From Lentisphaeria bacterium (lineage in GTDB: Bacteria; Verrucomicrobiota; Lentisphaeria; JABSQK01; JAWLHB01): 64,000 nucleotides of DNA. Below the pieces are notes generated by a model that was not told where the DNA came from, did not search any database, and saw only the letters and a list, made by a program, of their open reading frames with translations. Location of the stretch: contig JAWLHB010000006.1 in the NCBI GenBank assembly GCA_041690595.1, forward strand, positions 124,001 to 188,000. The letters run 5' to 3'. Below, piece by piece: positions 18,471 through 27,995 of this stretch (position 1 is the stretch's first letter; each line of letters starts with the position of its first letter). A program made the position numbers and the translations under genes.

Positions 18471-21400
18471 CTATGGGGCGGGGATGAAGGCGGGAGGGAG
18501 CAGGTTGGTGAGGACATAATCGACGGCGGCGGGGAGATCGAGGTCGGCGTCGTTTATGGCGAGGGTCGCGGCGTGGATGCGGGCCGTGAAGCTGCTCTGA
18601 CGATAGATGCCGTCGTGGTTGTGGCTCCAGCGCGAGCCGCTGAGCGTGAGGAACACGGGGCGGGTATGGGCGCCGCCAAGGGCGACTGTCTGTTCGCGGC
18701 CGTAGGCGGACCAGAAGTCGAGGGTTGTATCGGCGACGTTCGCGCCGCCGATAAAGCGCCAGGTGCTGCCACCGATGTCCAGCAGGTGGTCGCGGGGCAA
18801 AGCGGCATCCCATGTTTCGACGCGGTAGAGGTTCTGGCCGTGCTGACGCCAAGCTCGCACCACGCGCACCTCGGCGGCCTCAAGGTCGAGGAGCAGAAAG
18901 CCGGCATAGCGCTGCGAGATCAGAGCGCCCTCCCCCGCCTGCAAGACGGTGTCCTGAAAGGTGTAGACGGCGATCGGGCCGGTGGTGGCAGGACGGAGTT
19001 CCGCCGGCTCGGCGGGCAGCACGTCGGGGTCGATCCCCAGTTCGCGCGCAAAATGGTCAACCACATCGGCATAGGGCCGGCTCTCGTCGTTGAGCCGGCG
19101 CGTGACGGCGATATCGATGCGGGCGGTGAAGCTGAGGCTATCAAAGCTGTCGGTATCACCGGCCTGACGCAGTCCGGTGAAGGCGGGGGCGACGTCGCCG
19201 TTGGCCCGGCCGCCGAGGTGCAAGGTTGCCGGGTGAAGCCGGCCGTAGAGCTGGCTGAACGTGTGGCTGTCGCCCGAGCCACTGCTGTGTGCGAGGGCTT
19301 CCAGACTATCGCCGTGGCCGAGATCCGCGGTATACCAGAGACCGCCGTCGTGCCAGGGGATGGCGGAGGTGGTGCCGTCGTGCCAGCGGAGCAGCGAGGT
19401 TGCGCGGCGGTGCTCCAAGTCGAGCAGCAGATAGCCGCGCGCCTGCAGCGGTCCGTCTCCCTCGCCGTAGCGCGCGCCACGGGCATCGAGGGAATAGACG
19501 ACGGTATAACTCTGAGGTGGCGGTTCGTAGACGATGGTGGCGGTTACCGGGGGCGACCAGTTGCCGGCTTCATCGGCGTACCGGGCGTAGACAGTGCGAC
19601 TGCCAGGTTGAGTCGAGCCGCCATAGGTGCTCAGGTCCCACGCGGCGCGGTTCGCCGCCAGCGGCTGCGCGGGGGACCAGATGGTGCCATTGTTGCTGAA
19701 GCGCATGCGGGCCACGCCGCTGTGGGCATCGCTGGCGCCAAGGTTGTCGAGCAGCACCGAGAGCGAGCTTGTGATTGCAGCGCCACCGGCAATGCGGAGG
19801 TTGCCGTCAACCGGAGCGGCAGTATCGATGCGGATTGCCCGATGTGCGGCCGCGCCCCAGTTGCCGGCGCCATCCACCGCCCGGACGTGGAGATACCAGA
19901 TGCCATCGGTGAGGCCCGTCCACGAGGCGCTGCCGGTTTGAGTGTCGCTACTTTCGTCTGGCAGGGATATGGCGTTCTGGTCGAGGAGGTAGCTGTAGCC
20001 GGCGATGCCGCTGGCATCGGCAGGGGGAGTCCAGGTGAAGGCGGGGTTGGCACTGGCGTACCAGCTGGTCCCAGATGGATGGGTGAGCGAGTGCAGCGCG
20101 GGTGGGGCCGGCGGGGTCCGATCGGGGGTCACCGTTACGTGGTGCGCGTCCCACCAGTAGTCGCTGGAGCGGGGCGGCGCATGCCCCTCGTTGGCGATGG
20201 TGATGTATACGGTGCGCTGACCGAGGTGTGCCGGAGCCGGTCGCCAGGCGATCGCGAAGCTGCTGCCGTTTGGTGTTGCCGAAGCGAGGAGCGCACCGTC
20301 GGGGCTGCCGAGCCGCAGTTCGGCGCGGATGCCGGCCCAGTGGACTGGCTGCACACCGGTGCCGGCGAAGAGCAACTCGCCCGTGACGCCAAGTGCGGAA
20401 CCCACTTCGACGGTGGTGCTGTTTGTCGCACTGGAACCGACGCGGAGGTCGTTGACAAAGGCGGCGTTGGTGGCGTCCCAGGCCCAGCCGACCATCTCGC
20501 CGGCGTCATCCTGAGCAGCGATGCCGAAATCGATGTCATTGGTCGCCTGCCACTGCCAGCGGAGGCGATAGGTCCAGCGCAGTTCATAGCCGTCGCCGCG
20601 GCGGATGGGGGTGACGCTGAGGAGCTCGGCCCACCAGGCGCCATCGCTGCCCGGCCAGACGCCGGAGGCGCCGGTCTCTTGATTCCAGTAGAAGGTGATG
20701 CTGCCGGTGTCGGAGTTGTCGCGACGCAGGCGCAGCCAGCAGTTGGCGAGATCTTCCGCTCCATCGGCGTCATGATAGATGGCGCGGACGCTGTAGGTGT
20801 GGGTTGGATAGAGGGTCTGATTGTCGGGTTCGTCGTAGATATCGGCGGCGGTGACATACGGCGGGGTGTTGTAGTGGGGTACGTACTTGCGCAGGACGAT
20901 CTCGTCGATGTAGGCGCCTTCGCCCTGAATCGAGCTGTCGCTTTCGAAGACAAAGGCGATCCAGACGTGGCTACGGCCAGTGACATCGCCGAGGACCGGC
21001 ACGCGGGTCAGGTCAATGCTTTCGGGCTGCCAGCCGTAGCTGTCGCCGCTGGTCTGGTAGCCATGGAAGTGGGTGCCGTCGATCGAGACCATCCACCGCA
21101 GGTAGTCGTAGCCGGGCTCGGAGGAGTTCCAGAGGTGAAAGCCGAGGAAGGCATTTTCGGCGTCGGCGAGGGAGAATGGGCCGAAGACCATCCACGCGTC
21201 CATATCGGGGGGATAGCCGCTGTGGGGCGAGCGGCCGTCGAAGCCACCAGAGGCGCACCAGGCGCTCCAGCCACCGTTCCACGAGCGATGGCTGTCGTCG
21301 TCCCAGTAGACGTCACCGGCGTAGCTGTGGTTGTCGAAGACCTGCCAGCCAGCGCTCGGGAAGTAGCCTTCGAAGTCCTCCCGCATGATGGTTTCCCATG

Positions 21401-21476
21401 CACTGTGCGCGCTGGGGAGGAGCGTGCAGCAGGCGAGGATCATGGCCGAAAAGAGGAGAGTCCGCGGGTTGTGCAT
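18471..21476 (-). CDS. Secreted multidomain protein: signal peptide, MAM/choice-of-anchor-J-like jelly-roll, FN3/Ig-like domains, same duplicated C-terminal module as the ice-binding protein
   Basis: MHNPRTLLFSAMILACCTLLPSAHSA signal; EDFEG..W, SEPGYDYL, EGAYIDEI; FTWTPPADASGIAGYSY, DGIWYLHVRAVDGAGNW. Confidence 0.8.
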   Translation of the reverse strand: MHNPRTLLFSAMILACCTLLPSAHSAWETIMREDFEGYFPSAGWQVFDNHSYAGDVYWDDDSHRSWNGGWSAWCASGGFDGRSPHSGYPPDMDAWMVFGPFSLADAENAFLGFHLWNSSEPGYDYLRWMVSIDGTHFHGYQTSGDSYGWQPESIDLTRVPVLGDVTGRSHVWIAFVFESDSSIQGEGAYIDEIVLRKYVPHYNTPPYVTAADIYDEPDNQTLYPTHTYSVRAIYHDADGAEDLANCWLRLRRDNSDTGSITFYWNQETGASGVWPGSDGAWWAELLSVTPIRRGDGYELRWTYRLRWQWQATNDIDFGIAAQDDAGEMVGWAWDATNAAFVNDLRVGSSATNSTTVEVGSALGVTGELLFAGTGVQPVHWAGIRAELRLGSPDGALLASATPNGSSFAIAWRPAPAHLGQRTVYITIANEGHAPPRSSDYWWDAHHVTVTPDRTPPAPPALHSLTHPSGTSWYASANPAFTWTPPADASGIAGYSYLLDQNAISLPDESSDTQTGSASWTGLTDGIWYLHVRAVDGAGNWGAAAHRAIRIDTAAPVDGNLRIAGGAAITSSLSVLLDNLGASDAHSGVARMRFSNNGTIWSPAQPLAANRAAWDLSTYGGSTQPGSRTVYARYADEAGNWSPPVTATIVYEPPPQSYTVVYSLDARGARYGEGDGPLQARGYLLLDLEHRRATSLLRWHDGTTSAIPWHDGGLWYTADLGHGDSLEALAHSSGSGDSHTFSQLYGRLHPATLHLGGRANGDVAPAFTGLRQAGDTDSFDSLSFTARIDIAVTRRLNDESRPYADVVDHFARELGIDPDVLPAEPAELRPATTGPIAVYTFQDTVLQAGEGALISQRYAGFLLLDLEAAEVRVVRAWRQHGQNLYRVETWDAALPRDHLLDIGGSTWRFIGGANVADTTLDFWSAYGREQTVALGGAHTRPVFLTLSGSRWSHNHDGIYRQSSFTARIHAATLAINDADLDLPAAVDYVLTNLLPPAFIPAP

Positions 21477-21540
21477 GGTCGTATTCCTTTTGTGCTTCAT
21501 CTGCACAGACGAGCGGGTTCGGTAGTTTATTCATATTGGG

Positions 21541-21824
21541 CGGGGACGCGGGGACGCGGGGATGGGCGGAGGTATGCAGGAGGATTAACCACAAAGAACG
21601 CAAAGATCGCAAAGAACGAGCGGGGGAGCACGGGGAAGCGGGGACGCGGGGATGGGCGGAGGTATGCAGGAGGATTAACCACAAAGAACGCAAAGATCGC
21701 AAAGAACGAGCGGGGAAGGGGGAGCGCGGGGATGGGCGGAGGTATGCGTGGTCGGACGGGTCGGACAAGTCTGACGGGTCGGACGAGGTCGGACGGCCGG
21801 GTGGGGACTCCCACGTTGAGCTCA
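21541..21824 (+). repeat. Composite intergenic repeat: two 90-bp units with TTAACCACAAAG-AACGCAAAG-ATCGCAAAG, then a GTCKGACRR 9-mer array
   Basis: Units at 21551 and 21641; 9-mers at 21751-21797. Confidence 0.9.
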
Positions 21825-22027
21825 GAGGTAACGGCCCGGGGCGGGGGAGTGACGATCCTTCATTGACGATTGACGAAAACTCGTCACTGGGGGATGAGGG
21901 GGAGAGGGGGCCAGATGCGTCCATGGCATGTGGCATATCACCTGCTGTAACTGTATCAGGGAGTACCTGAACCAAAGCCGTGATCCCGGGGAAGAGTGGG
22001 AGATCGGCATCTGTGGAGATCACTCAA

Positions 22028-22297
22028 ATGACTGAGAATCCGTCGCTGCGAAAGCCGGAAACTCCTGCTTCCCAGCTTCCGGAATGGCGCGTCACGATCT
22101 ACCGGGCCTGGTGCAAGGGATGCGGCATCTGTGTCGCCTTCTGCCCGAAGGACGTGTACGAACAGGATCTGCTGGATCATCCGCAGATCATCCGTCCCGA
22201 GGCATGTACCGGATGCCAGAAGTGCGTTCTGCATTGCCCGGACTTCGCCATCAGTGTCGACAAGAGACCGCCACCGCAGGAAAAGTCCAATGACTGA
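22028..22297 (+). CDS. korD: 2-oxoacid:ferredoxin oxidoreductase delta subunit (2x[4Fe-4S])
   Basis: CKGCGICVAFCP and CTGCQKCVLHCPDFAI. Confidence 0.88.
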   Translation: MTENPSLRKPETPASQLPEWRVTIYRAWCKGCGICVAFCPKDVYEQDLLDHPQIIRPEACTGCQKCVLHCPDFAISVDKRPPPQEKSND

Positions 22298-23447
22298 GAC
22301 AACCATCCCAACCCCTCAATTACTCTCCGGCAACGATGCCGCGGCACTGGGCGCCCTGGCCGGTGGCGCACGATTCTACGCCGGCTATCCGATTACGCCA
22401 TCCACCGAAATCGCCGAGCTGATGGCGGTCGAGCTGCCTAGAATCGGCGGCAAGTTCATCCAGATGGAAGATGAGATCGCCTCTCTGGGAGCGGTCATCG
22501 GGGCCTCTCTGGCGGGGCTGAAGTCGTTTACGGCCACGAGCGGCCCCGGCTTCTCGCTGATGCAGGAACACATCGGGTTCGCGGCCATGGCGGAGGTCCC
22601 CTGCGTCATCATCAATGTGATGCGTGGCGGTCCCAGCACTGGTCTGCCGACTATGGCCTCGCAAGGGGATATCATGCAGGCCAAGTATGGCTCGCATGGC
22701 GATTACCCCACCATCGCCCTCATGCCGAATTCGGTCATGGAGTGCTTTACCCTCACAGTGAAGGCCTTCAACCTTTCGGAGAAGTTCCGTGTGCCGGTGA
22801 TCGTGCTGTCTGACGAGATGATCGGACACATGAGTGAAAAGGTGACGCTGCCCGCGGCCAAGGACATCGACGTGATCAGCCGGATGCGGCCGAGCGTTCC
22901 GCCGGAGTGGTACCGCCACTACGAGCCGACCACGACGGGCATCGCGCCCATGGCCAGCTTCGGTGAAGGCTATCGTTACCATGTGACGGGTCTGACTCAC
23001 GATGCGTCGGGTTTCCCCACCGATCAGCCGGAGGAAGTGAGGGCGCTGATGGAGAAGTTCAAGAACAAGGAGATCCGCAATACGCGCGATCTGACGATGA
23101 TCGAAGAGTACCGCATGGACGATGCGGAACTGTGTATCTTTGCTGCTGGTTCCGTTGCCCGCTCCGCCCGGAAAGCCGTGCAGATACTCCGTCACCAGGG
23201 AATCAAGGTAGGACTGTTGCGTCCGCAGATCGTCTGGCCATTCCCGAAGACGGCGGTAGAACGCATGATTTCGCAGATGGGCTATATCCTCGTGCCTGAG
23301 ATGAATGTCGGTCAGCTCCGCAAGGAAGTGGAGCGACTCTCATTCAAGGGCCGAAGCATGATCCGTGGACTGAACGTCCTGGACTCACGCCTCATTACCG
23401 CTGAACAGATCGTCGAGAAGGTGCATAAAGATGTTGCAACAGCTTGA
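22290..23447 (+). CDS. korA: 2-oxoacid:ferredoxin oxidoreductase alpha subunit
   Basis: AGYPITPSTEIAE, QMEDEIAS, TSGPGFSLMQE, RGGPSTGLPT. Confidence 0.95.
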   Translation: MTETTIPTPQLLSGNDAAALGALAGGARFYAGYPITPSTEIAELMAVELPRIGGKFIQMEDEIASLGAVIGASLAGLKSFTATSGPGFSLMQEHIGFAAMAEVPCVIINVMRGGPSTGLPTMASQGDIMQAKYGSHGDYPTIALMPNSVMECFTLTVKAFNLSEKFRVPVIVLSDEMIGHMSEKVTLPAAKDIDVISRMRPSVPPEWYRHYEPTTTGIAPMASFGEGYRYHVTGLTHDASGFPTDQPEEVRALMEKFKNKEIRNTRDLTMIEEYRMDDAELCIFAAGSVARSARKAVQILRHQGIKVGLLRPQIVWPFPKTAVERMISQMGYILVPEMNVGQLRKEVERLSFKGRSMIRGLNVLDSRLITAEQIVEKVHKDVATA

Positions 23448-24309
23448 AGTCCCCCCTGATCCGGAACCCGAGATGCACCCCACGGCGCACGAACCATCCT
23501 TCCGCAGTTGGCTGCGCCAGAAGAAGAAATTCCCGCACATGTGGTGTCCGGGCTGCGGGCTGGGCATCGTGCTCGGCTCGATTCTGCGGGCCTATGACGA
23601 CCTTCACTACGACAAGAACGACGTGGTGATGGTGTCGGGCATCGGGTGCACCGGTCGCATTCCGGTCTATGTCGACTGCAATACGCTGCATACGACGCAC
23701 GGACGCGCCCTCACCTTTGCTACCGGCATCAAGCTTGCGAATCCGCGCCTGAAGGTGATCACCTTCATGGGTGACGGCGACGCCCTGGCGATCGGCGGCA
23801 ATCACTTCATCCATGCCTGTCGGCGCAACATCGACATCACGGCGATTGTGGTGAACAACCACATTTATGGTATGACCGGCGGCCAGGCATCGCCGACGAC
23901 GCCACACGGGAAGAAGTCCACGACGACGCCGTATGGGCAGTTCGCGAACCCGTTCGACCCGTGTGCGCTGGCCAAGAGCGCCGGCGCCACCTTTGTTGCT
24001 CGGGCGACGACGGCGAACGCGGTCCAGATGCAGAAGATGTTTCGGCAGGGGCTCGAGCATTGCGGCTTCTCCATGATCGAAGTCATTTCGAACTGCCCCA
24101 CCTGCTACGGCAGGCTGAATCAGCTCGGCAGCGCCGTCGACATGCTCAACCAGTTCAGCGAAAAGACGATTCGCTACAAGGAAGGGATGGACCAGGAAGC
24201 GCTGGTCCGCGAGGGCAAGTTCGTCGTTGGCGTACTCCATCAGGACCTGGAGTTGCCGGAATTCATCACGCAGAAGAACAGCATCGGCCCGAAGGAAGAA
24301 CAATCATGA
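23431..24309 (+). CDS. korB: 2-oxoacid:ferredoxin oxidoreductase beta subunit (TPP-binding)
   Basis: WCPGCG, SGIGC, HTTHGRA, GDGD, YGMTGGQASPTTP. Confidence 0.95.
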   Translation: MLQQLEVPPDPEPEMHPTAHEPSFRSWLRQKKKFPHMWCPGCGLGIVLGSILRAYDDLHYDKNDVVMVSGIGCTGRIPVYVDCNTLHTTHGRALTFATGIKLANPRLKVITFMGDGDALAIGGNHFIHACRRNIDITAIVVNNHIYGMTGGQASPTTPHGKKSTTTPYGQFANPFDPCALAKSAGATFVARATTANAVQMQKMFRQGLEHCGFSMIEVISNCPTCYGRLNQLGSAVDMLNQFSEKTIRYKEGMDQEALVREGKFVVGVLHQDLELPEFITQKNSIGPKEEQS

Positions 24310-24986
24310 AGAAAGCAGTGCATAAGGCGATCCCGCCGACGGTATCGATCCGCCTCAGCGGCACGGGCGGTCAGGGACTTGTGCTCATGGGCCACCTGCT
24401 TGCCGAAGCCCTCGGCATTCATGGCAACCTCAACGTCGTCCTCACCAAGGCGTATGGCCCGGAAGCTCGCGGCGGCGCCAGCCGTACGGACATCATTGTG
24501 GGCCCTGGCGAGATCAACGATCTTGGTGCCTCTCATGTGGACATACTCGTCTGCCTCAGTCAGCAGGCGTGCGACAAGTTCTATCCGAATCTGGTACCGC
24601 GGGGGCTCTTCATTGTCGATTCCACCAATGTACCGGTGGTTCCGACGACCCGCGCGATCGAGCATCCGCTCACGCAGACTGCGATCGAATCGGCCAAGAA
24701 CAAGATGGTGACCAACGTCATCGCGTTGGGCCTGCTTGCCAGCCTTACCCGGTTTGCGCCCAAGTCGGCCTTCAGTCAGGCGCTCGAAGACGGCATCAAG
24801 GAGCGCTTCCTGGAACTGAACCAGAAAGCCTTCGACATCGGCTGGCAGATGGGGCGGAAGTCGTTGGAAGCGATGCCGGCTACGCAGCGCGATCAACTGG
24901 AATCGTACCGCCAGCTGCTTCTTCCCGAGGAGGCAGTCAAGCCGAAGGCGCCGAAGAAACCCAAGGCGCCGGCCAAGACGGAGTGA
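24306..24986 (+). CDS. korG: 2-oxoacid:ferredoxin oxidoreductase gamma subunit
   Basis: IRLSGTGGQG, YGPEARGGAS, NVIALG, LNQKAF. Confidence 0.92.
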   Translation: MKKAVHKAIPPTVSIRLSGTGGQGLVLMGHLLAEALGIHGNLNVVLTKAYGPEARGGASRTDIIVGPGEINDLGASHVDILVCLSQQACDKFYPNLVPRGLFIVDSTNVPVVPTTRAIEHPLTQTAIESAKNKMVTNVIALGLLASLTRFAPKSAFSQALEDGIKERFLELNQKAFDIGWQMGRKSLEAMPATQRDQLESYRQLLLPEEAVKPKAPKKPKAPAKTE

Positions 24987-24992
24987 CATTGG

Positions 24993-25064
24993 CGAGGCGA
25001 TAACGACACGCATCGCCTCGGCGTCTCGATTCGTCCCGGCGAACCAGCGTCGCCGGGACGGATC
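24993..25064. terminator. Two hairpins between convergent genes
   Basis: cgaggcgat/atcgcctcg (24993-25020) and gattcgtcccggcga/tcgccgggacggatc (25028-25064). Confidence 0.55.
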
Positions 25065-25071
25065 GCTTGCG

Positions 25072-26064
25072 TTATTGGTTTGTCGGCATGGGCTTCCAGC
25101 GCCCCCCGAGGCTGTGACGGTGGCCCGCATAGCGCTGCATGTAGTCGAGGCGGCGCTGTTTCAGGATCCGCCAGTCGCTCACCACGCGCTCGGGGTGGGC
25201 CTCGCTGCGCAAGACGAAATCCGCTTCGGGGGGATAGCAGGCAATCTCGATCTCAGGCCCCGAATAGTCGATCTCTTCGGGCATCTTGTCGACATTGTTC
25301 GGCACCTCCGGCCCCTGGTAGCGCAAGTCGACGCTCCAGCGCATGTGGTCGCTCGTGTTCAGTTTGGAGGCATGGGGGGTGAGGTTGTGGAGGAAGAGTA
25401 CGCCGCCCTTCGGCACTGGAACGCACAGAGGCTCCGCGCCGGCAGGGAAATCGCGCTCCAGGATCTCCAGATAGTTGGCCCAACCACCGGTGTAGTGCGG
25501 CAGGATACCTTTCTTGAAGAGATCAGGGATCACATAGAGACAACCGTTTTCTTCGGTTGCATCCACCAGCGGAATCCAGCAGGTGATCACCGTGGCGCGA
25601 TCGCAGTGCGGCAGGAGATAGCCGCTGTCCTGATGCCACGGCACCGCTCCGCGATCCAGCCCCGGCGCCTTGGGTCGAATGCGGTAGACGCTCGACCCGA
25701 CGATCTCCGGCCCAACGATGCCCGCGATGCTGTCCAGCAGCACGGGATGGCGCATCAGGTTGAAGATCGCCGGCCCGATGTGACCGCCTTCTCCGCCCTG
25801 CTGGACCCGCCTGATCACCTCGCCCGCCTTCGCCAGGTCGTCGCGCGCCATACTCGCCAACTGATGGTCGAAATCCTGGTCGTCATAGCTCTCCGTGACC
25901 AGGCCCTCCGCCTTCATGGCGGCAATTCGGTCGCGCACGACCTCATCGAATTCCTGGCGGAGTGCCTCGATCGTCTCGAGATCGATGATGTTTTCGGCCA
26001 TCACGTAGCCGTGTTCGTTGAAGAAGTCGATCTGTTGGGTGGTCAGCGCCTGAGTGGGGGCCAT
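25072..26064 (-). CDS. Phytanoyl-CoA dioxygenase (PhyH) family Fe(II)/2OG enzyme
   Basis: FFNEHGY, PWHQDSGY (HxD), CWIPLVDATEENGCL, TPHAS, RWSVDLRY. Confidence 0.9.
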   Translation of the reverse strand: MAPTQALTTQQIDFFNEHGYVMAENIIDLETIEALRQEFDEVVRDRIAAMKAEGLVTESYDDQDFDHQLASMARDDLAKAGEVIRRVQQGGEGGHIGPAIFNLMRHPVLLDSIAGIVGPEIVGSSVYRIRPKAPGLDRGAVPWHQDSGYLLPHCDRATVITCWIPLVDATEENGCLYVIPDLFKKGILPHYTGGWANYLEILERDFPAGAEPLCVPVPKGGVLFLHNLTPHASKLNTSDHMRWSVDLRYQGPEVPNNVDKMPEEIDYSGPEIEIACYPPEADFVLRSEAHPERVVSDWRILKQRRLDYMQRYAGHRHSLGGRWKPMPTNQ

Positions 26065-26176
26065 GGTAGAATCTCCAGAGAGTAAGGGTTGTTCTCCTTT
26101 ACGTTATGCATATGCGGCTCGTTTCGCAATTTGTTGGCTTCGTCATTCGTGGTGAAATTTCAGCAGCATAAGGGGG

Positions 26177-26586
26177 GTGGACGCAGTGGACGCAGTGGAC
26201 GCAGTGGACGAAGTGGACGAAGTGGACGAAGTGGACGAAGTGGACGAAGTGGACGAAGTGGACGCAGTGGACGCAGTGGACGAAGTGGACGAAGTGGACG
26301 AAGTGGACGAAGTGGACGAAGTGGACGAAGTGGACGAAGTGGACGAAGTGGACGAAGTGGACGAAGTGGACGAAGTGGACGANNNNNNNNNNNNNNNNNN
26401 NNNNNNNNNNNNNNNNNNNNNNNNNNNNNNNNNNNNNNNNNNNNNNNNNNNNNNNNNNNNNNNNNNNNNNNNNNNNNNNNNNAGTGGACGAAGTGGACGA
26501 AGTGGACGAAGTGGACGAAGTGGACGAAGTGGACGAAGTGGACGAAGTGGACGAAGTGGACGAAGTGGACGAAGTGGACGAAGTGG
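26177..26586 (+). repeat. 9-bp minisatellite (GTGGACGMA)n spanning an assembly gap
   Basis: About 23 units before and 11 after the N run. Confidence 0.97.
26383..26482. other. Assembly gap (100 N)
   Basis: Run of N; true length unknown. Confidence 1.
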
Positions 26587-26612
26587 CAGGGCTGTTGGGG
26601 GCAACAGCCCAA

Positions 26613-26873
26613 TCGCGGCTCGGAGAGCCCCTCCCACATTGCCGGACTTGTGGAGGCTGAGGCCAGTGGAATTATGGACACGCGGGGAGGAGACAGCGGT
26701 CTAGTCGCGGCTCGGAGAGCCCCTCCCACATTGCCGGACTTGTGGAGGCTGAGGCCAGTGGAATTATGGACACGCGGGGAGGAGACAGCGGTCTAGTCGC
26801 GGCTCGGAGAGCCTCTCCCACATTGCCGGACTTGTGGAGGCTGAGGCCAGTGGAATTGAGCTGACGCGGGGAG
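26613..26873. repeat. 92-bp tandem repeat x3 with REP-like core TCGCGGCTCGGAGAGCCCCTCCCACA
   Basis: Cores at 26613, 26705, 26797; homologous to the reverse complement of the 58-kb array. Confidence 0.92.
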
Positions 26874-26886
26874 AGGCCGACGCCGT

Positions 26887-26983
26887 GGACGTAACCCCGA
26901 TTGGGGTTGATGCATGAGCGGGCAGTATACCCAGGGTAGCCCCAAGGGCAACCCTGGGCTAAGGGACGTAGCCCCGTTGGGGC
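26887..26983. repeat. Palindromic REP/REPIN-like element
   Basis: aacccc-gatt-ggggtt, cccagggtagc...gcaaccctggg, gcccc-gtt-ggggc. Confidence 0.65.
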
Positions 26984-27124
26984 AAGGGGCGAAAGAGACG
27001 CCGGTTTCTGTAAAACTGAGCTCAAACGGGAGGATTGCGTTGGGCATGGACTAATGAAGAAAAATGTCCGGGCAACGGCCGGGTGGAGACTCCTGCATTG
27101 AGCTCACACAGGGTGCGGCACGGG

Positions 27125-27859
27125 TCAGGCGAAGGGGGTGCCGGTGGCGCGCCGCAGGTCGATCTGATCGGTCACGACGGTATCCGGCTCGCTGGCCAGG
27201 TACCAGACGGCGCGAGCCACATCCAGCGGTTGAATGAGCCCCTCCGGATCGAGGTCGGGACGCGCCTGCCGGACCATCTCGGTGGCGACACCGCCTGGAC
27301 AGATGGCGCTGCAGCGAATATTGAACGGCTGCCCTTCGCGCGCCATGACCTTGGTGATGCCGAGCATGGCATGCTTTGACGCGGCGTAGCCTATCTGGCG
27401 CTCATACCCCTTGTGCGCAACCACGCTGGCAATGTTGATGATGCGCCCGCCACCGCTCTGCTTCATCCAGGCAAAGGCTCGTTGCGAACAGATGAAAGCG
27501 CCCCGCGCATTGATATCCATCATGCGATCCCACTCCTCGACAGTCAGCTCGTCGCAGGGGCCATAGTAGCCGACGCCAGCATTGTTCACCAGCAGGTCGA
27601 GTCGCGAAAAGTGGACGTGTGCCTTTCCGTAGAGGGCGTCGATGCTCTCCGGCACCGCCAGATCACAGCGTGCCGTTTCGAGGCTCCCCGCCCATTCGCC
27701 GGCCTCCGTTTCCAGTTGACCCAGCGCCTCCTCGTCGCGCCCCACGGCCAGCACACGCAGGCCGCGGCTGAGCAGCAGCAGGACGATGGCTCGACCGATC
27801 CCGCGGTTTCCTCCCGTCACCAGCGCCGTCGCCCCTTGCAGATCTTTTTCGAAGATCAT
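27125..27859 (-). CDS. Short-chain dehydrogenase/reductase
   Basis: TGGNRGIG, NNAG, YAASK. Confidence 0.92.
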   Translation of the reverse strand: MIFEKDLQGATALVTGGNRGIGRAIVLLLLSRGLRVLAVGRDEEALGQLETEAGEWAGSLETARCDLAVPESIDALYGKAHVHFSRLDLLVNNAGVGYYGPCDELTVEEWDRMMDINARGAFICSQRAFAWMKQSGGGRIINIASVVAHKGYERQIGYAASKHAMLGITKVMAREGQPFNIRCSAICPGGVATEMVRQARPDLDPEGLIQPLDVARAVWYLASEPDTVVTDQIDLRRATGTPFA

Positions 27860-27995
27860 TCATCAACCTCCACTTGTTCAGGACATTTGCATCTCGCCAC
27901 TTTTGCGGCACATTATCTAGCTCCACTTTCTACCATACGATATATGCGGTACAGCCGTTCGATTCACAGCCTCATTCAAGGGATAGGAATCTACC

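Noticed and set aside
14729..21866. Long plus-strand ORFs 14729-17524 and 18459-21866
   Set aside because: Antisense shadows of well-supported minus-strand genes in high-GC DNA, with no recognisable motifs.
26089..26796. ORFs with SGR/VDE/WTK repeats
   Set aside because: These are translations of the 9-bp minisatellite across an N gap, with no coding evidence.
26613..26873. CRISPR array
   Set aside because: Whole 92-bp units are repeated with no unique spacers.
27860..27995. SAM/SAH riboswitch before metK
   Set aside because: No recognisable SAM-I, SAM-II or SAH consensus by eye.
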